A DNA stretch of 64,000 bases from assembly GCA_002269645.1 (NCBI GenBank), contig NIVC01003344.1, positions 13,521 through 77,520 on the forward strand. The letters are read 5' to 3'. The position numbers were made by a program, and so were the translations under genes. Positions 13,111 to 30,000 of this stretch are shown one piece after another. The first letter of the stretch is position 1; each line of letters opens with the position of its first letter. The notes below the pieces were generated by a model. It saw only the letters and a program-made list of their open reading frames with translations. It did not search any database and was not told the origin of the DNA. Source of the stretch: Macrostomum lignano (Eukaryota).

Positions 13111-13309
13111 CTACTCACTTCTAGCCGTTCAACAGCTGTCAATTCATAGTCCAGCAACTATAATACACTCCCAATCAAAACAGGATACACAGGTAAAACG
13201 CAACAATACAAAGAATTCAAATATTAGACATCAAATTAATCAAATTGAAATGTTACACAGTTCTGAAAGTCACAGGAAATTGGTCGTGCGGTATCATCTA
13301 GGCCTCACT

Positions 13310-17296
<3,987 letters not shown>

Positions 17297-18421
17297 AGCT
17301 CTGTAGGCGAGCTTTAACCTCAACTAGCTAAATTTAGATAATATAGATAATTTATGCTGCAGAACTCAAGTAGCAATAAGTGGCTGAAAGCAAGTTAGTT
17401 ATTGTCAAGCACTTTTTGCTACTTCAAAAAGGATCAGCATGCATAGTCTTATTAAAAAAATGTTCAAATCTAATGACATCATTTTAAGAAATAAACGTCA
17501 TATTTGGCTAAATATCAGTTAAGAAGGATTTTAGTATTGCAGCATAATTAATAAGGATTCAATGTGGTCAATTATTCTAAAAGCTATTTTAAAATGATTT
17601 TTAAAGATATCTAGAACCTTAAAATTTTATAATATTAAAATTAAAAAATACCTTAAAGAGTCCAAAAGCTAAAAAATAACTACTACCAATTACTTTGGCA
17701 ATAATCTAGTAGTCATTATGGCCCCTATTATGGCCAAGGGATTTTTTAATTCAAAAAATGATTGGCATACCAGCATGCTAAAGCTGGTTTGCCTGCAGCA
17801 AAGAAAAGTAAGGCTAGACATAGCTTTGTTTGGCAAATGGGCTATATTTGGTTTAGCCTAACATATTTAAAGAATTATTTGGCATCATTTGACCCTAGGC
17901 CACAATAAGGATTTTTAGCTATATGAACAAATATAATATACAGAAATAAAATGGCAGAACATATAAATAAGTCAAATAGTATTGCCTATTTTGCTACCAT
18001 TGGTTAAACAAGTTTGTTAATACCTAGCTAGTACTCTTATCCTACTATTAGTCAAATAAACTATATTTTTGACTAATATATATGCAATATATTGGTTTGT
18101 TTAACTATAGCTTAATATATTTGTTTAACTAAATAAATATAATTTGTTTAAATAGTTTAAATTTCATATATTAGAAGTATTTCATCTGATGGCACTATTG
18201 AAGTTGGCCTAGATAGACATTGAATTCTGGTTGTTTTACTCCCAAACCATTTTGCCCATAGTCTGTTTTGTCTATAAACCAGTTTGGCTATAGGAATTTC
18301 AGCCAAAATGGTAATTATATAATTTTGAGATATAGCTATATTGTATCTTTATTTACTTTTTCAATGCTAGTTTATAGTTTTATTGTGTAAAAAATATGAT
18401 CTGAATTGTTGCTACAACAAT

Positions 18422-21192
18422 TTTTTTATTAGAGGCAAGGGGGTTGTGTGCACCCTGGCACACTTTAAGTGACATAGGCACATAACTGGCAAGAGGCATT
18501 ACTGCCCATTCTGCCGACTCCCTTGAGCAGGCATACACGCATGTGGATACGTACACAGTCATACGCACAGGCACACACTCACACAGGAGTCATACATGCC
18601 CAACACCCGTCCGACCCATCCGAACTGGACAGGTGAAATGGCTGCTGGCCAAGGTAAGTCGCAATATCGAAAATGCAAAAAACGAAAAAATTGGGAGAAG
18701 AAAGAAAGGAGAGGAAGAGAAAAGGAAAAGAAAGGAGGGAGAAGAGAGAGAGGGGGGAAAGAGGAGAAAGAAAGAGAAAGAAAAGAAAAGAGAAAAAGGC
18801 AAGAAAAGTCATATACAAAGTGAAAATTAAGTCGCAATTGGGAGGAACTAAGTCGCAATCGGGAGGAACTAAGTTGCAATCGGGAGGAACTAAGTCGCAA
18901 TCGGGAGGAACTAAGTTGCAATCGAGAGGAACTAAGTTGCAATTGAGAGGAACTAAGTTGCAATCGAGAGGAACTAAGTTGCAATCGAGAGAAACTAAGT
19001 TGTCTTGAATCCCATATTCTAAATCGTCTTAAAATCCTCTGTAAAGCCTTTCAAATACCATATCTTGTTTTCCCTGTTTGCAAAAACTGACTTCCATTGT
19101 CCAGACTCAGACTCTCATGTCTCCTCTCTGTATTCTCGCTGTTACTCTCTTCTCCCTCCTCCTCTCTACCTCTTTATTTATCTCTTCTCCCTCGTGTTTC
19201 GTCTGTACCCTCTCCTGTCTCCTCTCTTCTCTCTTATTTCTCCCCTCTTCTTTCCTCTCTCATATCTCATCTCTACTCACTTATCTATTGTCTCTCCTAT
19301 ACCCTCTCTCTTCTCTTTTCTCTCTCCTCTCTGCTCTTGTTTATCATATCTCCTATACCCTCTCCTTTCTTATCTCCCATCTTTCTTGCTTCCTTTCTAC
19401 CATCTCGATTCTATCTTCTCCCCTTTGTCTCTTCTCTTCTCTAATCTCTACTCTCTTATTTTCTCAATCATATCTTTTCTCATCGCATCTTTCATCTGTC
19501 CTCTCTGCACTCTTACCTTTACCCTCTTTCTTTCTCCTCACTACTTTCTTCTCTTAACTCTCTCATTTCTGATCTTTCATCTCTCTCCTCTCTTTTATTC
19601 CAGCTGTATGCTCTTATCCCTCCTTTCTTCTCTCATCTCTCCTGTCTCCTCTCTGCTATCTCATAACTTCCCTCTCATCTCCTCTCTCCTCTTCTCTTCT
19701 CTCTCCCACTTCATTCCTACCTTACTCCCCTTTTCTCTCCCATCTGTCATCTCTAATCTGTCCTCTCTCATATCTACTCTCTTTTCTATCATCTCTCTTC
19801 TATTTGTTCACTTTTCTCTATACTTTCTCTTCTCTGACTCATTTAATGTGTCAAATCCATCGAAATCCTCTCCGTAAAAATGAACTCTATCAAAATCTCT
19901 TTATGAGACTGAACTTCATCAAAATCCCTTTTGATAAACTACAAATATATTTTTTCTCGGAGGACTCTCACTTCTTTGGCCATCAGTCTCAGTCTCCGAA
20001 TCTGAGTCCAAATGAATGGCTGTGTTGTGGTTGGATCCGCGCTTCAGTACCAGCATCAGTTGATGGTCAAGATTCTATAGCAATAGATTCAGCATGAGCA
20101 TTGCACCGTCGTAAAAATTCTGTCTCAAGACTTCTAGTTTCTTCTTTATTTCAAAAACAGCTTCTTTTTCAGCTGACATAACTCAAGAAGAGTAATGTCG
20201 TTGCATCTGCACCATGAATTTCAATTTTTTGCATTCTGCATAGATAGATCTTTATTAAAAGCAACAACCTCTGGATTTTGCACTGCCATTAACAGTCCCT
20301 CTTTGTGTGAGCTTGCTGAACATTGGGATGGTGGTGCTTCTAGTTCCCTTGAATGTGCTGCAGCTGCACCATCACCTGATCCCCCAGGCTGCACTTAAGA
20401 TTGCTGGTAAATTTTCTTCTAATATCCAATGCGCACCACAACAATCATTAACTTCTCCAGGAGTTACATGACCAAGTTTCCATCGTGTAAAGAGCAATGG
20501 CTTTCGCTCTTCAGCTGCAGAAAGGGGACACTAGTTGATGGAGTAGTCTTCATGGCCATTTTCATCCCATTCATGTGCAAGATTCAATACATAGTCAGGT
20601 GCAGGTCTATCTTTAAGTGAAGTATATAATGACTCAAGAATCTACACCTATATATATACCTGGTATATGAGTGCATGAGTGTATATATATACAAGTTAGT
20701 TTGCCAGACACACAGTACAGTATATAGGGAGTATAGCCTACAGGGTACAGGCTACAGTGCAGTTTAGTACTGCATAAGTGAATAAGTGAATGATAAATCA
20801 ATCGGGAAAGAGAGTGAAGGTAGGAAAAGAGAAGAGAAATGAGGTACTTCCATTTTTCAATAAACACAAGCACGCAACGCATGCTACCCCCCCCTCCCGG
20901 TCTTTCAGTGTGGTGGCGCATAGGTAAGTCGCAAATCTGGACAAAACTAAGTCGCAGTAGATGGGAAAAACTTTGAGGTTGGGCATGTATGACAGGAGTA
21001 TACAGCAGCCTTAACTTTATTTTATCGTTAGGCATGTACACTTCACTGTGCCTTGGGGGGTTGGCTCTCAAGGCTGTTAATTGCATGAGCAAAGATTCCA
21101 ATTTAGCCCCAAATTAATGTGACTGCACTTGGAATCGAGCCTGGGTCGCTGGTACACCAGAGCAGCTGCGCTACCGCTAGGCTATGGCCCCC
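18422..21192 (-). mobile_element. tRNA-derived SINE (family A) split by a DNA transposon (head 21192-20992, tail 18590-18422)
   Basis: Both halves match the intact copy at 43469-43840. It has a tRNA-like head with A/B boxes, an A-rich tail, and a 13-bp TSD TTGCTACAACAAT at 18409-18421 and 21194-21206. Confidence 0.9.
18591..20991. mobile_element. hAT-like non-autonomous DNA transposon, 2401 bp
   Basis: Perfect 14-bp TIR CATACATGCCCAAC/GTTGGGCATGTATG, 8-bp TSD ACAGGAGT (18583-18590, 20992-20999), and repeated subterminal TAAGTCGCA motifs. An 8-bp TSD with CA...TG ends is typical of hAT. Confidence 0.9.
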
Positions 21193-24100
21193 TTTGCTAC
21201 AACAATTGTGTTATTGCAATTTTATTACAATTGTGAATTATTAAGAGTTTTTAAAAAGTCATTCCTTTTGAAAGTGTGACAATTAAAAGCCAATTTAAAC
21301 AATCAAAGGGTAAGAAAGGGTTTCAATTACAGCAAGTTAAAACAAGAAATACTAAAAGAATAAGATTTGTCACCAAAATTGAGAATCAAAGCACATAGTT
21401 TAAAACTGTAAAGTTTAGAAATGGTCTATAGCCAAAATGGTCTATGGGCAAAACATTCTATAGGCGAAATGGTCTTGGGGCAAAATGTCCATTGCCAAAA
21501 CTGTTTATAGGCAAAATGACTAGTTACCTAGAAATTTAGGCTTAGCCATTTTGGTTAGAGGTAAAATATAGGGGCCTACTTTAGAATTTTAGAATGCTTT
21601 TATATTTAGAATAATTACAATTGATTCATAGTTTGAAAGGCAACATGTATACTAAGATCTCCCAGCATACAACAAAGGTCTTACCATTTTTCAGCATAGG
21701 CCTACATTAAGGGGCCTAGGATATATCCAAGCCGTGGCGCAAGTTACATCACTTGCAGTTGAGGTGAGAGAGAAGTCGCCTCTCAGTAAGGTGGCAGTTT
21801 TGACTGTTGCTGAGTGTATAATATAGATTATTGATGCTCATTATGGAACCGACCCGAGCAACCAACTAAAACACAAGATGCTACCTACGACCACTGATGA
21901 GTAATAACAATTTTACAACTAAATTTTGTGCTATATTCCAGTTGTCTGAATCTGTTTTCAATTCTATATAGCTGAAATGAATTCTTTTAATATTTTAATT
22001 GTTAATCAATGTCGGTTACTGTTGGGGAAGAAATACTTTTATGTGAATCTTTGTTTGGCTAGTCAAACATTAGTCAGGCAAAACTGCAGGCTCTTCAGTG
22101 GATGTTCATTTTTTCTTTGGAACCTTTGGCAGGACAGATTGAATGCCAAACTCTGGCTGTCTCTTTCGCCAAGCCGTTTCATTAGCAGCTTTCTTCAGTG
22201 CTCGCTTGACCACAGCATGCTTAATCTTCTTTTGCCGAGCTTCAAAACTGGAGGCTTGCACAGCCTCACGCTATATTGATGACATTCATGAAACTTAAAT
22301 TGAGCACAAAATAAAACACCATACTTGAAAAAAGTTGAAAGGATTGGTATCCACAAAAAATTGCAAGAAATGAGCAAAATAGATGAAATTATCGCTAAGC
22401 AATTAAAAATTGCTGAGCAATAAAAAATCACAATGGTGGCAACACTGCCTGGCATACAAATGAGGTCTTGTCATTTTTTCTATTATTAAACCTAACATAC
22501 ATTAATATACAATCTAAACTTTAGCAATTGATAAAAAAATATTTATTGCTTGGCCTATCTTTCCACTTAGCATTTATTAAATATACCTATTTGAGACATA
22601 GAAAACCTATAATATAATTTTTGTGATAAGCATTGATTTTCCTTTTAAGCATAGGGCCTAGGTCATAAAGTAAAGAACTTTTAGTTATACTTTAGACAAT
22701 ATTATATTAGGCTATACTATAGTATCATCACTTATATTGCCTTATTAATATTTGGCATTGGCATTGGCATAAATTCAAATGAAAATTAAAGATAGGCCTA
22801 GGGCCTAACTATAAAAAATAAAACTGCAATATATTTTACTGGCTGCTAGCTAAATAAACATCAGCTAGGTCTATGTCTTAGGCCCTACTTTAAACTATTT
22901 TATAAATATAAGTCACTTTTTATGGACTTGTCTTTTAGCCATTTAGCAATATTTTTGTTTTCTATTATATTAATATATTTAGGCCTTGGTTCTAGGTTCT
23001 AGTTGGGTTTCATTATGGGCCTATTTTTATGAGGACTAGGCCCTATAATTGGCTATTGTATTAATATTTTTACAAAATTTAGTCTTTAACTTGAAAAAAA
23101 TAGGCCTAAGCTTATCAAGGACTTTAGTCCTGACATAAAACTTAACAATTAGCTTACTGATTTACTACTTAAAAATTAATTTCATACTTAATACAAATTT
23201 ACAAGTTTTTTCATTGTTTCCCTACAAGGACTACATCTGGACAAATGTGACTTCTGTTTTTTATAGGCCTAATTCATTCATTTTTGGCATTTTCAATTCC
23301 ATGCGAAAATTTTGAGATAAAACTTAAACAAATCTAGATTCCAGATTAGACTAAATTTTATGTTAATTTGTAATTGTAACCCGAATTAGGATTCGGGTCC
23401 TGCATGAAAATCAAGACGGTAGTTTAAAGTTGGTGGTAAGTACTTGGCTTTCGTATTTCTGTACTGTTATTTATTGATCAATGAAATAATATAGTCATAG
23501 GCTACTATTTCATTGTTGTTGGCTATAATATTTCATTGATGTGAAACAACGCACTTCAAGTGCAACCAACCGACTTTCCCAGAGGTATCAGATGATTTAA
23601 ACAAATCTCTCCCTCTCTAAGGACGCGATACTCCAGCTGCCAAGAGCTTCAGGTTTGGAAAGCAATCGACGGTCTACAGATGCTTGATTTCCTGGTCCAC
23701 AATGACCACAAGTCTACTTTTTTAAAACGGATTAAGCCTAAACTTATCCAGATTTGCTCTCTTGCTCCTAATTTTAAAGTTTGACGTTTCATTCTTTGTT
23801 ACTTATAGTAGCGCATTTCTAGCAGAGCCGAATTGCAGATCCAACACGAGAGAGTTAAGTTTTTCGAAGAGGTTGGTAATTTGTCTTACACTCTACAGTG
23901 CAGAATAACTACGTGTAACGAATGTGACGAATGTAACGAATATCACATCTATTGAATAATATACTCTTGAATAATGACTCTTAATTTTATCTCGCATCAT
24001 TCTTCCATTAATTAATTTTTACACGTTGCCACGACGACAAAGCCATTACTGATGACACAGAGATATCTACATGTAGATGAGTAAATTTTCCGGAGGCATT

Positions 24101-24279
24101 TTCCGGATGCCTTCATTTCCGGAGGCATCCGGAGGCATTTTGGCGCGTTGAAGGCCAAAAGTACAATTCCTCGTATTTAGCAATGTAATATAGTACATGC
24201 AGCTCTATACCATATATAGTCTCGCCACTGCAAGAATCCTCTGCACAAGTCCCCTCTGTACCTGCATGGCCAATGCGAT

Positions 24280-24510
24280 CAAGTCCCAGCAGTGTCCCTT
24301 ATCATCGGCTATGACTTCGAGATTGACAGCAAAACGACACTAGTTGGCAGGTAAGTGCTAAGCCCCCTCTAGTCGGAAGCCCGATTTTGAAAGTTCCGGT
24401 TTGGTGAGCCAGAACGCACGGACTGGTGGCAGCGGGTTAGCTAATCTGTGGATTGGCTCATCTCTACCTTCGAAATTCTCCCTGCTTGTCTCTCGCTGTC
24501 CCTCTCTTAG
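24280..24510. repeat. Dispersed repeat, unclassified (second copy at ~46485-46705)
   Basis: Shared block AGTCCCAGCAGTGTCCCTT...GCTATGAC..GAGATTGACAGCAAAA..GACACTA.TTGGCAGG...CCCTGCTTGTCTCTC.CTGTC. Confidence 0.75.
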
Positions 24511-27050
24511 CTATAGGACCTGGACTGCTCGCCACACGATCAAGCTACCATGGGGCTGACCATCTGACAGGAGTGGGGGGCCAGGACTCTAATTGATTTA
24601 TTTCTGAGACCTGAGGCCCGAAGGCTTCCCGAAAGGCCGAAAAGGCCGAAACCCATCCAAAGTATCAAACTGTATGCAAAGGATCAAAGGGTCTGTATGC
24701 AAACAATGCCAATTTGGTAGTAGGAAAAGTTGAGTAAAATTTGCGCAATGAATTTTGTGTCAAAGTGCTTTCAGCGATCTAGCCTGGGCGAGATCACCAG
24801 TTGAAGAGTTGAAGAGTCACTAAAAACTCCTCACTTCTAGACACTGGGGAACAAGTGCCTAGGTATATTTAAGATCAAATAACTCTTACTGGAGCCGCTC
24901 TTTAGTAGCTTCTTGACTTTTTGGTTCGGCGTCGGTGTTGACTCTGAAGTGTTGACTAGAGAAATTCGCATCAGCAGGTGTCCATAGTCACCTGGTGCCA
25001 CCTGTTGAAGCGTCCAGTAAGCTCCGCCTGTGTGAAGGCCAGTGACCAACAAAGTCAGGCTGATGCAGACACATGTGGTCGACGTGCTGATGAAATTTGG
25101 GACTTGGCAAGGCTGCACTGAGGTGCAGTGCTGATTGGCGCACAGGGGTGCATTGAATACACTGGCGCTTATGGGAAAAAATCCGACCTTCTGACAGAAT
25201 CGTCGAATATCTCGACGGTCCGAGGGCTGGCGACTTGATTCTTGTTTGAGAAGGTGTGCAACAAAAAGTCGGCCCGTATTCTTGAATTTTGTGTGCCTGC
25301 GTTGCTCCGTTCCGGCGTAGCAAAAAATTGTCTGCAAACCCCCCCCCCCTCTTGGTAGTTCTACTGTCCATCTAATGTACAATTGTGACTTTTATCCCAA
25401 TCCCTTTTTCGTCAAAATTTATATATAAATATAAAGACATTAATCGTTTCTAATTCCTTATGAGTCTGCATGGCGATACGTGAGAATGCAAGTGCACTCA
25501 CGTTCTTATTTGCAAATGCATAAAATTTCCATTACGAAGAATGCATGTAATAAGTTTATTCTGCACCAAAAGCAAAATTAATATTCTAAATTAGTATAGA
25601 ACTTTCACCCAGGTGTTTGCTTTCTGCCGCATTTTTTATAGCTTGAACACGTACGAGTGTGTGCTCCGTCAGCTGTAACGCAGTTTAATTGGCAAATTTA
25701 GAATTTGTGTCGCACATGCAATGTGAGATGAGACGGGATCCTTCATAAAAGATCCTTCAATCCGCTCAATGACAATTGGTTTCATTTTTATCTTGCTTGC
25801 TTTGATTAAATTAATTTCTGATATAGAGGCTCCAGGTATTGCGACAAAAACAACTGTTTAATAGCGAGATCGCTAAACTACGACGTATATAAATGAGAAT
25901 GAGATCATAAAATCAAACTTTGTGTAGTCGGATTTTGCATAAGCTGATCCTGATTCTGCACTATGTATGAAGCTATGCACTATGTATGAGTTACATATGA
26001 AGCAAGTTTAACAAACAAAAAAAGAAAAAAACACATTATTGAATACGGCTGGCTTTCGTCTCCAGTAGTTTTTTTTTTATAAATTTGAGTGCACCTCGGA
26101 CACAGCACATCTCTGCATCATTTGGAATTTAAAACTTCAGAATTTTCGGAAGTGCAGTGTGACTGTGTCGAAAGCGAAAAGGAAAGCATCAAATCCCAAT
26201 TTGAAATAATTTAGAAACTGAACACTGTTTATAAAAATTGTAAAAATCTGGTTCATTTTGATTGCTTATTGTTAGAAATAAACTTTTATAATAGTCTTAG
26301 ATTTGTTTTTTAACGCATCAAGGCTTGCAATTCATAGGTAAAATTAATAATAATAGTATTACTTACCAAAAATTTATTTGTTTAATCGATAAAATATCAT
26401 TACACAGGCAGTACGCTGACATGAAAAATGAGGGCACAGGTAATATAATAGGAAGGACGACACAGATCAGACCACGCTGCATTTTTATCGCATCATCTTG
26501 CTGTAGGTTTCTTTTCATTTTACATCTTTCAATTTCCTAGAAATAGAAATTCTTATTGGAGAAATGTTTGGTGACTTGGTGGGCGCCTCAAATCCCCAAT
26601 CTCCAAGGCAGCTACGCCCCCCTGTCTCTTGGTTGGCGTCCCCCCTAATGACCTGTCTCTCTTAAGCCTTTGCGCCTTTGTTTGACGCCGTTAAGGAACC
26701 TCTGCGTTCTTAAAAAGCGTGCGGATGCTCCGGAGACTTCTAGGGTTGGTTAGTAAGGCTGAAACCAAGAGGGTGACCAGTCATAAATGTATTGAGCTAT
26801 TTTTCCCAAAACAGATTAGTTTCACTAGTGAGAAACCATATATAAAGTGTCGAGACAGGACACACTCGAGAGCGAGAGAATCAGAAGACGAGAAAACCAG
26901 AGAACCAGAGAACCAGAGAACCATAAAACAACTGAAGCACTTGTAGAATGAAAAAGACATCCAAAAGTTGCCAATGCAGTGGAGTGAAGTTCTTCATGAA
27001 GGATCGTTACGAATGACGGCGTCAGGCTGGATTGGCATGCGTGTCTTTAT

Positions 27051-30000
27051 TCACGTCAGCGTGTGAATCCTGTGAAGTCTCTTAGCATTCTCCACAGCCT
27101 TAGGCTCGCGTAGCCAGCTGTCCAGCCGCTGCACTTGTTTAGCGGACAGTCCGTGAATACCTAATGGAGGCGAGGCCAATGCATTGGCGCGGAGCAAGGC
27201 AGCGGGAACTGCCGCGTAGTAAATGTGACTCAGCTGGGCTCGTCTGACTGGCGGGCGGGAGGCGGCCGCCAGAATGCCAGTGATGTACACGTCTTCAAGC
27301 CAGAACGGCGCCACTCGATCAGCTGCTCGAGTCAGAGCTGTCGCGGCTGCGTCCGATATGAGGTAGCCAGGGCCGCCCAGCACATAATTCGGGTATCTGT
27401 TTGGCGCAAACGCCTGAGGCGGCGTGCAAAACTTGGACGAATTGTGCCTCTGCACCGTCGACCTGCGCTGAATGCCGCCCAGGATTTCCGCTGGCGAGTC
27501 CGGCAGGCCTGAAGCGGACTGCACTTTGGGGCTGTTGCTTCTAGAAGGATGTCTCGTCGAATTTCTGGGAACAAAATGACAAAACGAGTTGGTTTGTTAT
27601 TTAAAAAGTTCTCATCGTCAGGCATGTAGATTCGAACTCGTGAGCAATACAGAGCGATGCCAGGTGTCCCATTCTGACTTACAAAGGGATGAAAATATTT
27701 ATAGCAAAATTAATTTGATGATTTTGGTGAAATGTTAGGGTGCGAGGGGCGTTAACTCGGCTGTCTGTTTATTCAGATGCTGGGGTGACCAAAATACGGT
27801 GCTGGGATGCGTGTTGACTCAAGACACACACATATGCTATCAAGTGATCTTAGGCTGTATTTGAACAGGTGCGAAGCCGGGCATTGAAGTACATGTACAT
27901 GTAACCAGCCCTGAGCAGCAAGTCCGTTAATAAGAGTAACGATTTTTCATTAACGATAACAGCCTGTCTTTAAGCAACTTTTTTTTAATTAATGGATTGA
28001 TTACCTTTGGATAGCTTCATTGTTAAAGTCGTATTCAGCGTTACTTTTTCCTACTAATAATTCCGTTTTTTGTGTCGGTGCCCTTAAGAGTTTACGTAAA
28101 TCGTAATAGCAAATATCGTGAAAATCCATAAATGCAAATATATAAGTAGTAGATTACAGTAAACCATTCTTTAGATTACAATAAACCATTTTGTAGATTA
28201 CAGTAAACCATTCTGTAGATTACAGTAAACAATTTCGTAGATTACAGTAAACCCTTCTGTAGATTACAGTAAACCCTTCTGTAGATTACAGTAAACCCTT
28301 CTGTAGACTACAGTAAACCCTTCTGTAGATTACAGTAAACCCTTCTGTAGATTACAGTAAACCATTGTGTAGATTCAGCCATCAAGATTTGGTCTCACCT
28401 GGGATTTCGTTCGTCCAACTTCAGTCTTTGCCGCAGCAGCCGGTTCAGCGAGTTCGCATTCCAGACTGAGTCGTGATCGGACTTCAGCAAGTAGTGAAAT
28501 GCGCCGCTGCAGTTTTGTGAATACCAACGTAGAAATGACAGAATCTGCAGAAAGTATATCAGATTTTTTTAAATCTTATAAGATTTTTGAGATTTCTCGA
28601 CACATGCCGCCATCTAAGGCGTCAAAATAAGTGTTAGGGGGCACCAAACTAAGACGTCAGGGGCGCCAAACTAATATGTCTGTGGCGCTAAACTAAGACC
28701 TCAGGGACGCCAAACTTAGATGTCAGGGGTGCCAAACTAAAATGTCAGGGGAGAAAAACTAAGATGTCAGGGGCGCCGAACTAAGATGTCAGGGGCGCCA
28801 AACTAAGATGTCAGGGGCGCCAAACTAAGATGTCAGGGGCGCTAAACTAAGATGTCAGGGGCGCCAAACTAAGATGTCAGGGGCGCCAAACTAAGATGTC
28901 AGGGGCGCCAAACTAAGATGTCAGGGGCGCCAAACTAAGATGTAAGGAGCGCCAAACTTAGAAATCAGGGGCGCCAAACTAAGATGTCAGGGGCGCCAAA
29001 CTAAGATGTCAGGGGCGCCAAACTAAGATGTCAGGGGCGCCAAACTAAGATGTCAGGGGCGCCAAACTAAGATGTCAGGGGCGCCAAACTAAGATGTCAG
29101 GGGTGCCAAACTAAGATGTCAGGGGCGCCAAACTAAGATGTAAGGAGCGCCAAACTTAGAAATCAGGGGCGCCAAACTAAGATGTCAGGGGCGCCAAACT
29201 AAGATGTCAGGGGCGCCAAACTAAAATGTCAGGGGCGCCAAACTAAGATGTAAGGAGCGCCAAACTTAGAAATCAGGGGCGCCAAACTAAGATGTCAGGG
29301 GCGCCAAACTAAGATGTCAGGGGCGCCAAACTAAGATGTCAGGGGCGCCAAACTAAGATGTCAGGGGCGCCAAACTAAGATGTCAGGGGCGCCAAACTAA
29401 GATGTCAGGGGCGCCAAACTAAGATGTCAGGGGTGCCAAACTAATATTCGCTAAACATGTTCGTATCCAGCTCTCCAGCTGTCTCCCAAGCACGCCTCAT
29501 CTAAGCCAGCATGCCGCAGGCAGCACCTTCAGTGTCAGACACTGGTAGGTGTCCTCCGTTGGTCCGCCCATCAGAAAAATGTCGCCAAACTTTGCGGACT
29601 CCGAGGACAGCGCCGGGTCAGGGGCTTCACCCTCCGGCAGTTGGACAAGGAAGATCAGTAGTTCGAATCCCGTGCCGTTGTCGTGTCGACCCCACGTTTG
29701 GCGAACTAAGGACCTCTGCAGGGCCATGTTGGCCCTCAATGGTACAAAGACCAGCACTAAGTGGCGAGTCTTGGTTTGCTGGCAGGCCGCCTGCAGCATT
29801 GCTGGAGGTTGATAACTCCAGCTGGCATTGCTCAGACAGTCGATCAGGCCCAGGTAACCTGAGCAGCTGCTCAGGCTTCTGCTGAAATTTTAAGTTTATA
29901 GAAAAAGGTTTTCCCGCAGAAATTTTCCCCCGCCGAGATTTCCCCCCGCTCATCAACGGCCGCGTCATTGTCACGCATGCCCAGCTCACTGGCAGACTCT

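Noticed and set aside
12771-13157. Arg/Gly-rich protamine-like ORF
   Set aside because: Entirely a 21-bp repeat downstream of the BTBD10 stop; no splice or start support.
19065-19877. 270-aa hydrophobic ORF
   Set aside because: Low-complexity TC-rich tract inside the hAT-like element; not a membrane protein.
23375-23890. Possible solo LTR (TGTAAC...TTACA)
   Set aside because: No matching 4-6-bp TSD, second LTR or PBS/PPT found.
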